From Bacillota bacterium (GTDB lineage Bacteria; Bacillota; Clostridia; Lutisporales; Lutisporaceae), in assembly GCA_035375865.1 (NCBI GenBank), contig DAOSQO010000003.1, positions 677 to 32,676 on the forward strand: a stretch of DNA of 32,000 bases, read 5' to 3'. Under the pieces are notes generated by a model. It saw only the letters and a program-made list of their open reading frames with translations, did no database searches and was not told the origin of the DNA. Of the stretch, positions 31,538-32,000 are shown piece by piece. The position numbers were made by a program, and so were the translations under genes. Numbering within the stretch: the first letter of the stretch is position 1; every line of letters starts with the position of its first letter.

Positions 31538-32000
31538 ACTTTGTTTTTATGATGACTTTCCTCAAGGCACCGTCCCAGCTCACATCCGCATTTAATGCCT
31601 CAGCTACAAACCTTATTGGAACAAGGGTCCTCCCGTCTACAATCCGGGGAGGAACATCGGGTATAATTAGCTTGCTGCTTACATAAATTTTAAGGCTTTT
31701 GTCCGTTACCGGGGGATCAACCTTATCGGCCCCTTTGGGAGTAATGATTACCGTATTGTCTGTCCCCCTCCAGTCTACAAGACAATCCAGTGCTTCCGCC
31801 ACAAAACGGATAGGTACCATGGTCCTGCCGTTTATAATAATGGGCGCCACATCCCCTCTGACCAAAGAGCTGTTAACCTCAACCTTTATTTCACTGGAAT
31901 CGGATTGGGCAACTGGCTGTATATCTTTCTGAGCGGGTATTCTTGAAATATCGTTATTCAGCATTGCCAGGTAATTATCCAGCTGGGTATAAACCTCGCT
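31536..32000 (-). CDS. Protein with copper-amine-oxidase N-terminal ('stalk') domain repeats. The N-terminus lies beyond the window end.
   Basis: Two repeats: INGRTMVPIRFVAEALDCLVDWRGTDNTVII and VDGRTLVPIRFVAEALNADVSWDGALRKVII. The frame stays open upstream of the track's ATG through to position 32000. Confidence 0.8.
   Translation of the reverse strand, partial: SEVYTQLDNYLAMLNNDISRIPAQKDIQPVAQSDSSEIKVEVNSSLVRGDVAPIIINGRTMVPIRFVAEALDCLVDWRGTDNTVIITPKGADKVDPPVTDKSLKIYVSSKLIIPDVPPRIVDGRTLVPIRFVAEALNADVSWDGALRKVIIKTK

Noticed and set aside
1-32000. Screened for CRISPR arrays, rRNA or tRNA genes, IS elements, integrases and prophage genes.
   Set aside because: No regularly spaced direct repeats, no rRNA or tRNA signatures, and no transposase or integrase-like ORFs were found in any frame.

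Overview
This window looks like the chromosome of a low-GC, Gram-positive anaerobe, probably Clostridia. The basis is GGAGG-type ribosome-binding sites (RBS), frequent TGnTATAAT promoters, and the presence of rubrerythrin and copper-amine-oxidase N-terminal 'stalk' repeat proteins. No rRNA, tRNA, CRISPR array, transposase or integrase was seen.

Content from left to right:
1. 1-9565 (-): a tightly coupled operon. A MOP-type molybdenum aldehyde oxidoreductase is followed by seven accessory genes: a GltD-like/ferredoxin/CCG redox fusion, a zinc-ribbon miniprotein, a SAM methyltransferase, a C_GCAxxG_C_C protein, a PaaK-like adenylating ligase, XdhC, and a MocA-like NTP transferase.
2. 10071-16644 (+): rubrerythrin, then a LytS/LytTR two-component pair, an orphan protein, a CstA transporter, and an FMN alpha-hydroxy-acid oxidase with an N-terminal Cys4 motif.
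3. 16689-16901: a 213-nt element flanked by inverted repeats, sitting between convergent genes.
4. 16967-20137 (-): a metallophosphoesterase, a 59-aa winged-helix protein, purC, a 29-aa lysine-rich micro-ORF, and cysK.
5. 20277-22983 (-): the most interesting locus. A two-gene cassette encodes an HD-like/RyR-repeat protein followed 13 nt later by a TIR-LRR protein. It resembles no TIR defence architecture I know. It is bounded upstream by a 570-bp hairpin-rich spacer containing a perfect 51-bp palindrome.
6. 23554-28587 (-): a MoeA paralogue fused in an operon to a chelate-type (FecBCD-like) ABC importer and a DUF364-like protein.
7. 28921-32000: ddh, a nicotinamidase-like hydrolase, an apparently frameshifted unknown gene, and a partial stalk-domain protein.

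All functional calls come from reading motifs in the supplied translations or my own translations. No database search was run.
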